Shown piece after piece: positions 55,211-64,000 of a stretch of DNA of 64,000 bases. The position numbers and the translations under genes are program-made. Numbering within the stretch: position 1 is the first letter of the stretch; every line of letters starts with the position of its first letter. Under the pieces are notes generated by a model. That model had not been told where the DNA came from and searched no databases. It saw only the letters and a list, made by a program, of their open reading frames with translations. The stretch is from a virus: IMG/VR virus record IMGVR_UViG_3300008266_000015. The stretch is one strand, 5' to 3'.

Positions 55211-57352
55211 ATGCCCAGAATTAAAGGAATACTCTCAGTAATATCAGGCTCTATCATTATTTCAGGTAGTGGAGGAACCACAACTATAGGATCAAATTCT
55301 ATTACCATTTCCGGTAGTGAAGGAACTACATCTATAGGAGGATCAGGTTCAAATGATGTAGTTGGTAATTCAACTATCACCGGTTCCCTTAATGTTAGTG
55401 GTTCAATTGTAGTAATTGGATCACTTTATATTTCAAGTTCAGACACACTTATTAATCAAGGACCTACAGAACTTATAGGTAATTTAAGATTAGGAGCAGG
55501 TATAGGAACAATTGGTAACCCAGCTATCATGAATAATTTTGCTGGTCTTTACTCTTTTGCTATGGGAGCATCTACCTCTGCTTCTGGTCTATATTCACAT
55601 ACTGAAGGAAATTTTACATTAGCATCAGGCCGATGGTCTCATGCTGAAGGTCAATTAACAACAGCCTCAGGAATTTATTCACATGCTGAAGGAGTTTCAA
55701 CAGTAGCTTCTAATACCGGTTCACACTCAGCAGGTGCATTCACATTAGCTTCAGGACGATATGCACATGCTGAAGGATTTTTAACAACAGCCTCTGGAGA
55801 TTATAGTCGAGCTATAGGTAGATCTACTCAGGCAACAGGAAATTATTCATACGCTGAAGGAACTGCTTCAATAGCAACAGGAAATTATTCACACGCTGAA
55901 GGTAGACAAACAATTGTATCAGGAGATTACTCACATGCTGAAGGATATTTAACACAGGCCATTGGGGATTACGCACATGCTGAAGGAAATAGCACAACCG
56001 CCTCAGGTCAAGTAGCTCACTCTGAAGGTCTCCTCACCGAAGCAGTAGGATGGTATTCACATGCTGAGGGAAGATCAACACAATCTTCAGGCTCATATTC
56101 ACATGCTGAAGGATTTGGTACTGTTGCCAAAGGAGACTATTCACATGCTGAAGGATCTGGTTCAATAGCAACAGGATTTAGTTCACATACTGAAGGCCGA
56201 TCTACAGAAGCTTCAGGAGATTACGCACACGCTGAAGGTCAATCAACTATAGCTGAAGGTGATTATCAACATGTTCAAGGTAAATTCAATTTACCACTTA
56301 CAACAAATGCCGCATTCATTATAGGAAATGGAACTTCAGATATAGTAAGAAAAAACTTAGTATTTGCAGCAGGTAATGATTTTCAAATAAGTGGTTCACT
56401 ATATGTAAGCGGAGCAGCCCAATCAGGTGGAAATGGACAAGTTTTAACATATCATACATCAACCGGGTTAGTTACTTATACCGCTTCTTCCGCTCTTGGA
56501 AATAATACAATTATTAATAACAATTATACAAGTAGTTTTATTACTCAATCGTATAGTTCTAGTGTAATAAATAATACATACATTAGTAGTTCTGTAACTA
56601 ATATTGGAGTAGAAACATATCCTGATGAACCACTATATGGCATTCAATACTATAGTGGTTCTTTTCCTGGAGTATTCGGAGCTGAAGAATATTTTTTATA
56701 TAACTATGAATCACATAGTTTAGAACAAGGTCAATATGTTATAGCATCTGGTATACATTCACATGCTCAAGGACAAAATGCTATAGCATCAGGAAGTTTT
56801 TCACATGCTGAAGGTTCTAGTTCATTAGCATTAGGTATTGCTTCACATGCTGAAGGATTTAGAACATTAGCCTCAGGAATTTATTCACATGCTGAAGGAT
56901 ATCTAACATCAGCATCAGGTATTGCTTCACACGCTGAAGGAGTAGATACTAAAGCAAGAGGGAATTATTCACACGTGGAGGGATTTGATTCTGAAGCAAA
57001 TGGAGACTTCTCACATGCTGAAGGATTTTTTGCAATAGCCTCAGGTTCATATTCACATGCCGGAGGAGAAGGCACAATAGCCTCAGGCTCATACCAAACA
57101 GTAGTAGGTTCGTGGAATGTTCAAAATAATACTGCTTCCAAGTTTATAGTTGGTATTGGAATTTCTTCAAATAGAAAAGACGGATTTACAGTAGATGTTG
57201 ATGCATCAGCAAGAGGTTCGGTTATGATTCCAACAAATAGTAATGGAAATCCAAATAATCCAAAAGCTGGTTCAATGTATTTTAATCCTACTACAAATAT
57301 ATTGTCTATCTATAATGGTACAGATTGGAAAACGTTTTCTCCAACTAACTAA
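55211..57352 (+). CDS. Fibre protein with YadA-head-like (SHAEG) 14-aa repeats
   Basis: Two blocks of about 18 and about 9 xSHAEGxxTxASG repeats. Confidence 0.8.
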   Translation: MPRIKGILSVISGSIIISGSGGTTTIGSNSITISGSEGTTSIGGSGSNDVVGNSTITGSLNVSGSIVVIGSLYISSSDTLINQGPTELIGNLRLGAGIGTIGNPAIMNNFAGLYSFAMGASTSASGLYSHTEGNFTLASGRWSHAEGQLTTASGIYSHAEGVSTVASNTGSHSAGAFTLASGRYAHAEGFLTTASGDYSRAIGRSTQATGNYSYAEGTASIATGNYSHAEGRQTIVSGDYSHAEGYLTQAIGDYAHAEGNSTTASGQVAHSEGLLTEAVGWYSHAEGRSTQSSGSYSHAEGFGTVAKGDYSHAEGSGSIATGFSSHTEGRSTEASGDYAHAEGQSTIAEGDYQHVQGKFNLPLTTNAAFIIGNGTSDIVRKNLVFAAGNDFQISGSLYVSGAAQSGGNGQVLTYHTSTGLVTYTASSALGNNTIINNNYTSSFITQSYSSSVINNTYISSSVTNIGVETYPDEPLYGIQYYSGSFPGVFGAEEYFLYNYESHSLEQGQYVIASGIHSHAQGQNAIASGSFSHAEGSSSLALGIASHAEGFRTLASGIYSHAEGYLTSASGIASHAEGVDTKARGNYSHVEGFDSEANGDFSHAEGFFAIASGSYSHAGGEGTIASGSYQTVVGSWNVQNNTASKFIVGIGISSNRKDGFTVDVDASARGSVMIPTNSNGNPNNPKAGSMYFNPTTNILSIYNGTDWKTFSPTN

Positions 57353-57378
57353 ATATTTAAAGATTAAATACTTTAATT

Positions 57379-57406
57379 GGGTTTGTCATTTGGCAAACCC
57401 TTTTTT
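57379..57406 (+). terminator. Intrinsic terminator
   Basis: GGGTTTGTCA-TT-TGGCAAACCC-TTTTTT. Confidence 0.75.
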
Positions 57407-57444
57407 ATATTAACATAATTTTGAGTATTTTTAAAATTTTTATA

Positions 57445-57452
57445 TATTTATA
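57445..57452 (+). promoter_or_regulatory. Late promoter motif TATTTATA
   Basis: 4 nt before ATG 57457. Confidence 0.65.
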
Positions 57453-57456
57453 ACAT

Positions 57457-57777
57457 ATGGTAACTAGAGTTCCCTTTAGATGGGGAAATGCGAATTTTGC
57501 TTGGAACACGAATCCATTTCCAAACCAAAGTAAAAATCCATTTACTTGGAACGATGTTGCTCTATTAATTGAAATAATATCTGGAGGGCCAGGCGGAGCA
57601 GCTGAAACTTTAAAAGATAAAAAAAAGAAAAAACGATTTATTACTCTTTGGTGTAAAGTAAATGGATACGATGAAACAAAGCAAACTAAAGAAATAAAAG
57701 ATATCAAAATAACTGCCCAAGATGTTGAAATGGTAATTAAAGAAGTATTAGGAATAAATGTTAAAATTGATCTATAA
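57457..57777 (+). CDS. Hypothetical late protein
   Basis: Trp-repeat N-terminus FRWGNANFAWN...FTWND. Confidence 0.7.
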   Translation: MVTRVPFRWGNANFAWNTNPFPNQSKNPFTWNDVALLIEIISGGPGGAAETLKDKKKKKRFITLWCKVNGYDETKQTKEIKDIKITAQDVEMVIKEVLGINVKIDL

Positions 57778-58385
57778 TGTATAAATTATATACGGATAAA
57801 ACAGAAATATTTGAATGTAAAGTTAAAATTGATGGTGCTTCACTTTCAAATTCTAAAGCCCGTTTAATCATAGAATCGGAAGATTTAAATTTACTATTTA
57901 ATGGTAAAATAGATGAATACGGTAATTGCAAAATTCCAATTAAACGACTAAAAGGTATTTTACCTGAAAGTATGAAAGGAGAAATTAAGTTAGAAGTCAT
58001 AGCAGACGACACATATTTTATTCCTTGGAAATCAGAATTTTCAGTAGATGCATCTAAAAAAGTAGTTGTTGAAGTAAAATCACAGGACGCTGATTTGATT
58101 ATAGAAAGCGCTCCTAAAGTATCAGTGACGGATGTGAAGAACACAGAGTCCATTGTTACAATCGCTGCTCCAGCTGAATCTACGCCTGATATTAATAAAG
58201 TCATTAAGGAACACGTTGTTAATTTAATGAGATTATTATTAAGAGAAGACATAAGTATAGATAACATTGTATTTAAGAAAACCAAAGCAAATTCAATCAT
58301 TTCAACATATCTTAATTCACAAAAAGTTGAATTAACAGAATCAACTAAAAACCAGATTGTTGAAGGTTTATTAAGCAAACTTTGA
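57777..58385 (+). CDS. Hypothetical virion protein (Ig-like N-terminus)
   Basis: Coupled ORF; LEVIADDTYFIPW. Confidence 0.7.
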   Translation: MYKLYTDKTEIFECKVKIDGASLSNSKARLIIESEDLNLLFNGKIDEYGNCKIPIKRLKGILPESMKGEIKLEVIADDTYFIPWKSEFSVDASKKVVVEVKSQDADLIIESAPKVSVTDVKNTESIVTIAAPAESTPDINKVIKEHVVNLMRLLLREDISIDNIVFKKTKANSIISTYLNSQKVELTESTKNQIVEGLLSKL

Positions 58386-58410
58386 TTTTAGTAAAATCTT
58401 TGTTATATTA
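58381..58410 (+). promoter_or_regulatory. Early-type promoter variant
   Basis: TTTG-N19-TATATTA. Confidence 0.45.
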
Positions 58411-58418
58411 TACTTGTT

Positions 58419-61400
58419 ATGTCAGGACCATTAGATTTTACTAACCAAAATATAGAAGACACATATCCGCGAGTTTTACAAACCGATGGTACTAATGTTT
58501 ATGATGGAACAGGTTCATTGTTTACAGTTACAGCTGTAGCAGCCCCAGCGGGTCCAAATCAATCAGTTCAGTTTAATGATGCCGGTGTCACTAGTGGTAG
58601 TGGAAATTTTACATTTGATAAAACTACTAATGTTGTATCATTAACTGGTTCTATAAGCGCTGTAAACGGTTTTACAGGCAGTTTACTCGGAACTGCAGCA
58701 ACTGCATCGAATACTCCTAATGCGCTTGTAACAGGTTCTATAAACGCCAATATATTAACATTTACCAAAGGTGATGGTTCCTCGTTTAATTTAACTGTTG
58801 ACACAGGTTCAGGTGGAACCCCCACAGATACAGGTAGTTTATTGGTTACTGCTTCGGCAATATTAAACCAAGTTACTTTCACCAAGGGAGATACTTCTCA
58901 ATTCACCATAACAATTGATACTGGCTCGGGTGGTGGATCTTTCACAGATACAGGTAGTTTATTGGTTACTGCTTCGGCAACATTAAATCAAATCACTTTT
59001 ACCAAGGGTGACACCTCTCAATTTACTATAACTGTTGATACTGGTTCAGTAACCTCTATAGATACAGGTTCATTTGTAACTACATCTTCTTTTAATAGTT
59101 TTACTAGTTCATTTAACAGTTTTACCTCCTCATATAATACAGGTAGTTTTACTGGTTCGTTTACTGGTAGTTTTTATGGGACTGCTTCTTGGGCAAATTC
59201 AGCATCTCAATCTATTTCAGCTTCTTATGTTCTAAGTTCATCATATGCAACTAGTGCATCTTTTGTTGAATCAAGTTCATATGCTACAACTGCATCCTTT
59301 GTTATAAGTAGTTCTTATGCATTATCCAGTTCGTATGCTCTATCATCAAGTTATGCTTTATCAGCATCATTTGTAGAGTCAAGTAGTTATGCTTTATCTT
59401 CTTCATTTGCCTCAACATCTTCATACACCCCCAATGCTGTAATTACTGCATCTGCATTATCAGCAAATACAATCAGATTTCAAAAAGGAAATGGAGATGT
59501 ATTTGATGTTTCTATTTCTGGTGGGACTGGGGGAGGAGTAGATAATATAGCTTTGTATAGTGCAAATAATGATCAGATCATATTAAAATCAGGTAGTGCT
59601 GAGATTGGATCTCCATTAACTGTAAAATTTGCAACATCATCATCAGTTTCAGTTTCATCAAGTTTTGCATCAACAAGTTCATTTTCTATATCAGCTTCGT
59701 ATGCTTTATCAGCATCAAACGCCCAAAGTGCAAGTTATGCATTATCTAGTTCTTATGCGTTAAGTGCATCTTTTGTAGAAAGTGCAAGTTATGCATTGTC
59801 TAGCTCATATGCTTTATCTAGTTCTTTTGCAACATCAGCTTCATTTACTATATCATCTTCTTTTGCTTTATCAGCGAGTTATTCATTGAGTTCATCATAT
59901 GCACTATCGGCATCTCATGCTGAATCAAGTTCATATGCTTTATCAAGTAGTTATGCTTTAAGTAGTTCATTTGCTACTACAGCTAGTTGGGCAGCAAATG
60001 GAGGTGTAACTAGATTAATAGCAGGATCAAATATATCATTATCTCCAACAAATGGTTTAGGTCAAGTTACTATTAGTTCAACTGGGGGAGGAGGTGGGTT
60101 TAATACCGCAACTGGATCTTATGGAAGTTTTTATGATACCACCACTCAAACAAATCCAGTAGCTAATATTCCTCGTTCAATGTCTTTTAATACAACAGAC
60201 ATTTCAAATGGGGTATCTATATCTGGATCAACATCTCCATTTAACACCTACATAAAGGTAGAAAATGCTGGAGTTTATGATATACAATTTTCAGCTCAAC
60301 TTGATAAAACTGATTCTGGAACAGATGAAATATTAATTTGGCTTAGAAAAAACGGTATCGATCTTACTGATACTGCAACAACTATTAGTTTAGTTGGTAA
60401 TAATGCTAAAAATGTAGCAGCTTGGAATTTCTTTGTTAATGCTGCAGCAAACGATTATTATCAATTAATATGGTACTCACCAGATACTTCTGTAAGATTA
60501 TTAGCTGAAGTTGCTGGAGGAGGACATCCCGGTATTCCTTCTGTAATATTAACAGTAAATAGAGTAGATCAATTTTTAAGTAATACAGGTTCATTTACTG
60601 GTTCATTTACAGGAGAATTAATTGGTACTGCAAGTTGGGCCAACTCAGCTTCAAACGCATTAATATCTCAAACAGCATCCTTTGTAACAGCTTCAAATGT
60701 ATACGGCCCCTATGGATCTAATTCAATACTAAGTGCTTCATATGCATTAAGTAGTTCTTTTGCAAATTCTTCATCTTATAGCTTATCAAGTAGCTATGCA
60801 TTAAGTTCAAGTCAGGCAATATCTTCTTCATATGCATTTTCATCAAGCTATACTTTATCAAGTTCATATAGTTTAAGTAGTTCTTACGCTGAAAGTTCTT
60901 CATATAGTTTATCTTCAAGTTATGCTTTATCGAGTAGTTATGCTTTGAGCTCAAGCCACGCTAATTCAGCATCATATGCTTTATCGAGTAGTTATGCATT
61001 AAGTTCATCTTATGCTTTAAGTTCTAGTTTTGCAACTAGTGCCTCATACGCATTGAGTAGTTCATATGCATTATCTAGTAGTTATGCATTAAGTTCATCA
61101 TATGCTGAGAGTGCTTCGTATGCTCTAAGTAGCTCATATAGTATAAGTAGTTCATATGCCCTATCATCAAGTTATGCTCTTAGTGCTTCATATGTCTTAA
61201 GTAGTTCATATGCCCTATCATCAAGTTATGCTCTTAGTGCTTCATATGTCTTAAGTAGTTCATATGCCTTATCAAGTAGCTATGCTTTATCATCCTCATA
61301 TTCTTTAAGTAGTTCATATGCTGATTCGTCTTCACATGCCACAAGTGCAAGCTATGCAGCTACAGCATCTAATATATTAGGTGGAAAGACCCCACATATC

Positions 61401-62543
61401 CCATATTTTGATACAGATACTACTTTAGCAACTAGCTCAATATACCAATCAGGTTCAACAAGTATTATTATTAACTTAGATGTTAATACAACAGCTAATC
61501 CTGAGGCACTATATGTTTATCAACCACACCCAACCTCATTCAACGTAATAAGTGGTAAAGGTGATTTAAACAACTACTTACAGCTTAATATACATAATAC
61601 AAATGCTGGTACAGATGCATCCTCAGACGTTGTAGCAACAGCTGATAATGGTGATGAAGATGGTAATTATATTAATATGGGCATCAACAGTAAAAACTTC
61701 ACAGGTTTACTAGGAGGTCCAAATGATGCTTACTTATATACTACTGGAAGTCATCTTCATATAGGTAATGCAACACCTAATATGCCAATACAGTTCTTTG
61801 CAGGCGGTTTTGATACAGATGCTAATAGAAAGTTTGAATTAAATCCAAACAACCAACACCAAATGACTGGTTCGTTGGATATTAGTGGTAGTTTAGCTGT
61901 AAGAGATTTAACATCAACACTTCAACCTAATGTTGTAACATATGATACTGTAAGTGGTCAATTTTATTATACTGCTTCATCAGCATTTGGTGGAGGTAGT
62001 TCAGGTGTAACACAAATTGTAACAGGTAGTGGAATATCAATTTCACCATCAAGTGGGGTAGGAGTTGTTACTATTAGCGCAACGGGAGGAGGTCCGAGTG
62101 GTGATTTTGTAACAACATCTTCATTTAATAGTTATACTGGTTCCAATTCATCTACATTCGCAGGTACAGCTGCTACTGCTTCTTATAGTAATAATTTTAT
62201 AATAGGAAGTACTTTAACACTAAATACAACACTAACAGATTATTCAGCAATATCACCAAGTACAAGTCCAGGACCAAATAACTTATTTACACGAAACACA
62301 AGTTCATACACTTCATTATTTGGTAAATATACAATATTTAGTGGTTCTAATTCTAGAGCAGGTGAATTTGTAACTTCATGGAATGGTACAACAACATCCT
62401 ACTACGATAATTCAACAGTAGACATAGGCAATACTTCCGCAATTACATTTATTTCATCTATAGTATCAGGTCAAATACAAATAAATACTGGAGCTTCTAC
62501 CCCATCAGGGTGGCAAGTAAAAATGCTAGCAACTTTTATGTAA
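58419..62543 (+). CDS. Long Ser-rich tail fibre-like protein with SSSYAL hexapeptide arrays
   Basis: Three arrays of [ST][SA]S[YFH]Ax; 40-aa TFTKGD repeats; C1q/TNF-like domain (AGVYDIQFSAQ). Confidence 0.8.
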   Translation: MSGPLDFTNQNIEDTYPRVLQTDGTNVYDGTGSLFTVTAVAAPAGPNQSVQFNDAGVTSGSGNFTFDKTTNVVSLTGSISAVNGFTGSLLGTAATASNTPNALVTGSINANILTFTKGDGSSFNLTVDTGSGGTPTDTGSLLVTASAILNQVTFTKGDTSQFTITIDTGSGGGSFTDTGSLLVTASATLNQITFTKGDTSQFTITVDTGSVTSIDTGSFVTTSSFNSFTSSFNSFTSSYNTGSFTGSFTGSFYGTASWANSASQSISASYVLSSSYATSASFVESSSYATTASFVISSSYALSSSYALSSSYALSASFVESSSYALSSSFASTSSYTPNAVITASALSANTIRFQKGNGDVFDVSISGGTGGGVDNIALYSANNDQIILKSGSAEIGSPLTVKFATSSSVSVSSSFASTSSFSISASYALSASNAQSASYALSSSYALSASFVESASYALSSSYALSSSFATSASFTISSSFALSASYSLSSSYALSASHAESSSYALSSSYALSSSFATTASWAANGGVTRLIAGSNISLSPTNGLGQVTISSTGGGGGFNTATGSYGSFYDTTTQTNPVANIPRSMSFNTTDISNGVSISGSTSPFNTYIKVENAGVYDIQFSAQLDKTDSGTDEILIWLRKNGIDLTDTATTISLVGNNAKNVAAWNFFVNAAANDYYQLIWYSPDTSVRLLAEVAGGGHPGIPSVILTVNRVDQFLSNTGSFTGSFTGELIGTASWANSASNALISQTASFVTASNVYGPYGSNSILSASYALSSSFANSSSYSLSSSYALSSSQAISSSYAFSSSYTLSSSYSLSSSYAESSSYSLSSSYALSSSYALSSSHANSASYALSSSYALSSSYALSSSFATSASYALSSSYALSSSYALSSSYAESASYALSSSYSISSSYALSSSYALSASYVLSSSYALSSSYALSASYVLSSSYALSSSYALSSSYSLSSSYADSSSHATSASYAATASNILGGKTPHIPYFDTDTTLATSSIYQSGSTSIIINLDVNTTANPEALYVYQPHPTSFNVISGKGDLNNYLQLNIHNTNAGTDASSDVVATADNGDEDGNYINMGINSKNFTGLLGGPNDAYLYTTGSHLHIGNATPNMPIQFFAGGFDTDANRKFELNPNNQHQMTGSLDISGSLAVRDLTSTLQPNVVTYDTVSGQFYYTASSAFGGGSSGVTQIVTGSGISISPSSGVGVVTISATGGGPSGDFVTTSSFNSYTGSNSSTFAGTAATASYSNNFIIGSTLTLNTTLTDYSAISPSTSPGPNNLFTRNTSSYTSLFGKYTIFSGSNSRAGEFVTSWNGTTTSYYDNSTVDIGNTSAITFISSIVSGQIQINTGASTPSGWQVKMLATFM
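61144..61268 (+). repeat. Perfect 54-bp tandem repeat (~2.3 copies) inside the fibre gene
   Basis: TAAGTAGTTCATATGCCCTATC... recurs at 61144, 61198 and 61252. Confidence 0.85.
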
Positions 62544-62549
62544 TTAGTA

Positions 62550-62557
62550 TATTTATA
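62550..62557 (+). promoter_or_regulatory. Late promoter motif TATTTATA
   Basis: Recurrent motif. Confidence 0.7.
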
Positions 62558-62592
62558 ATAGAAATTAGTTGGATAGGGAAAACTAAAAAATT

Positions 62593-63123
62593 ATGGCAAA
62601 CGAATTTGTAGCTCGTAACGGAGTCATAGCACAAAATAACTCAATTATATCTGGTTCACTTTCAGTAACCGGATCAACTAATTCAACTGGTTCAGGCCAT
62701 ATTGTAACATACAATACTGCTTCTGGTTTATATTCTCATACTCTTCCTGATACCTTTATTTCCAATATTAAAAGTGGAAGCTTTGGAATTACAATTGATG
62801 GAAATGGTGGTGTAATAACAGTAGGTCAAAGAGGATACATTACCGTCCCATATAATGGAACAATAACAGATTGGGAACTACTTGCTGATCAGGCAGGAAC
62901 ATGTAATATAGATGTGAGAAAATCAACATATGCTGGATTTCCAACTCAAACATCAATTACTGGTTCAGCCCCCATTACTATGTCTGCTGCCCAAAAAGCA
63001 TCTTCATCTATATTAACTGGATGGACATCCTCTATTTCAGCAGGTGATGTGTTTGGATTTACTCTAGTTAGTGCATCCTTAATAACAAGATTAAATTTAA
63101 TAATAAATACAATTAAATCATGA
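62593..63123 (+). CDS. Virion fibre-associated protein
   Basis: MANEFVARNG start; C-terminal jelly-roll ITIDGNGGVIT...AGDV. Confidence 0.7.
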   Translation: MANEFVARNGVIAQNNSIISGSLSVTGSTNSTGSGHIVTYNTASGLYSHTLPDTFISNIKSGSFGITIDGNGGVITVGQRGYITVPYNGTITDWELLADQAGTCNIDVRKSTYAGFPTQTSITGSAPITMSAAQKASSSILTGWTSSISAGDVFGFTLVSASLITRLNLIINTIKS

Positions 63124-63362
63124 CATATAAAATTTTATCTACAAGACAAGCTGGTGAAACATTAATTACAGCAGTTGAATATAACTTTGATGATAATATT
63201 GTTATTACTGAGGTAGCTCATTTTATGCCTAAAACGGAGGAGGAAATAACTCAAAATATCATTAATAGAGCATCATCAGAGATAGCTAGAATAGAAGCAT
63301 CTAATACCATTGCTGCATTAATTGAAGGCATTGTTATTGGAGAAGAAAAATCTATTGAATAA
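63120..63362 (+). CDS. Small hypothetical protein (possible fibre chaperone)
   Basis: Coupled ORF between fibre genes. Confidence 0.65.
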   Translation: MTYKILSTRQAGETLITAVEYNFDDNIVITEVAHFMPKTEEEITQNIINRASSEIARIEASNTIAALIEGIVIGEEKSIE

Positions 63363-64000
63363 TGGCATTAAGGTATTGGGTAGGAGGTACAGGTAATTGG
63401 GATTCAACAACTACAGCTAATTGGTCTGCAACTTCTGGTGGTGCAAGTGGAGCATCTGTTCCTACAGCAGCAGATGATGTTTTTATTGATGCTAATTCTG
63501 GAGTAGTAACAGTTACAAAAACAACAAGTACAAGTTGTCTTACATTAACATTTACAGGATTCACAGGAACTTGGACAATTGCTGATGGTATTACATTAAC
63601 TGTTGTTGGAACTGCAATTACTCTTGGTAGTGGAATGACTTATACCACAGGAACTACTGGTATTTTGAGTACTATAAGCAACACAGCTTCTGTAGCCATT
63701 GCATTTGCAGGAATAATAATTCCAAGATTAACATTAGGCAGAATTACTGCTGGACAAGTTCAGACTATAACAATAAGCGGTACTGCTCCTACAGTTCAAA
63801 ACTTAATAATAAATAACACAGCATCATCTGCACAGACAACTTTAGCAGGAACAGCTTTAACAATAACTTCAAGTTTTAGTTTAGCATCTGGTTTATCAAC
63901 TGGAACTCTTTTAACTTTTTCAGGGACTTGTACTATTTCTAATGCAGGTTCTAATTTATCTAATAGTATAACTGTAGCTTCGGGTAGTTTACAAATGTTA
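63362..64000 (+). CDS. Beta-helix/G8-like virion protein (partial, runs off the window)
   Basis: MALRYWVGGTGNWDSTTTANWSATSGGASGASVPTAADDVFIDANSG...; TAATG coupling; open to the end. Confidence 0.75.
   Translation, partial: MALRYWVGGTGNWDSTTTANWSATSGGASGASVPTAADDVFIDANSGVVTVTKTTSTSCLTLTFTGFTGTWTIADGITLTVVGTAITLGSGMTYTTGTTGILSTISNTASVAIAFAGIIIPRLTLGRITAGQVQTITISGTAPTVQNLIINNTASSAQTTLAGTALTITSSFSLASGLSTGTLLTFSGTCTISNAGSNLSNSITVASGSLQML

Noticed and set aside
12774-63564. Numerous short minus-strand or alternate-frame ORFs inside large genes (e.g. 27362, 34662, 36949, 41598, 50858, 57761, 58568, 63352)
   Set aside because: Antisense or frame shadows of well-supported genes; no promoter motif or recognisable domains.
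1-64000. Stop-codon reassignment (TAG/TGA recoding seen in some large phages)
   Set aside because: Core genes are intact in the standard code; TAG and TGA occur as genuine stops at gene junctions.
1-64000. tRNA/rRNA genes, reverse transcriptase or diversity-generating retroelement
   Set aside because: No cloverleaf with convincing D/T arms, no RT motifs, and no adenine-specific TR/VR repeat pair seen by eye.

Overview
This 64-kb window is part of the genome of a large, AT-rich, T4-like (myovirus-type) bacteriophage. The host is most likely a Bacteroidota: there are no Shine-Dalgarno sites, translation starts are A-rich, the promoters have a bipartite -33/-7 geometry, and the phage encodes an Hc1-type protein and a lipoprotein full of D-S/T-x sequons. 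Nearly all real genes are on the + strand. Layout: (1) 1-2.7 kb, an array of tiny early genes, each with its own copy of a TAGG-N19-TATATT promoter, plus a candidate ~210-nt structured ncRNA and a palindrome-rich boundary element. (2) 3-8.6 kb, a Pol-beta-type nucleotidyltransferase, HPRT, a T5orf172 protein, an HD hydrolase and a gp55-like late sigma factor. (3) 8.6-24.8 kb, baseplate and tail genes (gp5-, gp25- and gp6-like). (4) A GIY-YIG nuclease, primase and exonuclease. (5) 27-42 kb, about 20 proteins, several of them enzymes, that carry shared putative capsid-targeting and prohead-protease signals. (6) TerL, portal, prohead protease, scaffold, major capsid protein and PhoH. (7) Ser-rich repeat fibre genes. 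The strongest candidate for an undescribed system is a peptide-addressed capsid cargo system. Four proteins share the scaffold's C-terminal RMxxLA(F)G peptide, and many others start with an amphipathic helix ending in a [LI]xE cleavage site, including a zeta-like kinase, nucleotidyltransferases, a HAD nucleotidase, a nuclease and DNA-binding proteins. Also notable are a pervasive [ST]-x-S motif restricted to outer virion proteins (a possible modification sequon) and a late promoter, TATTTATA, that is the reverse complement of T4's. All family assignments are from motif recognition by eye, not from database searches.
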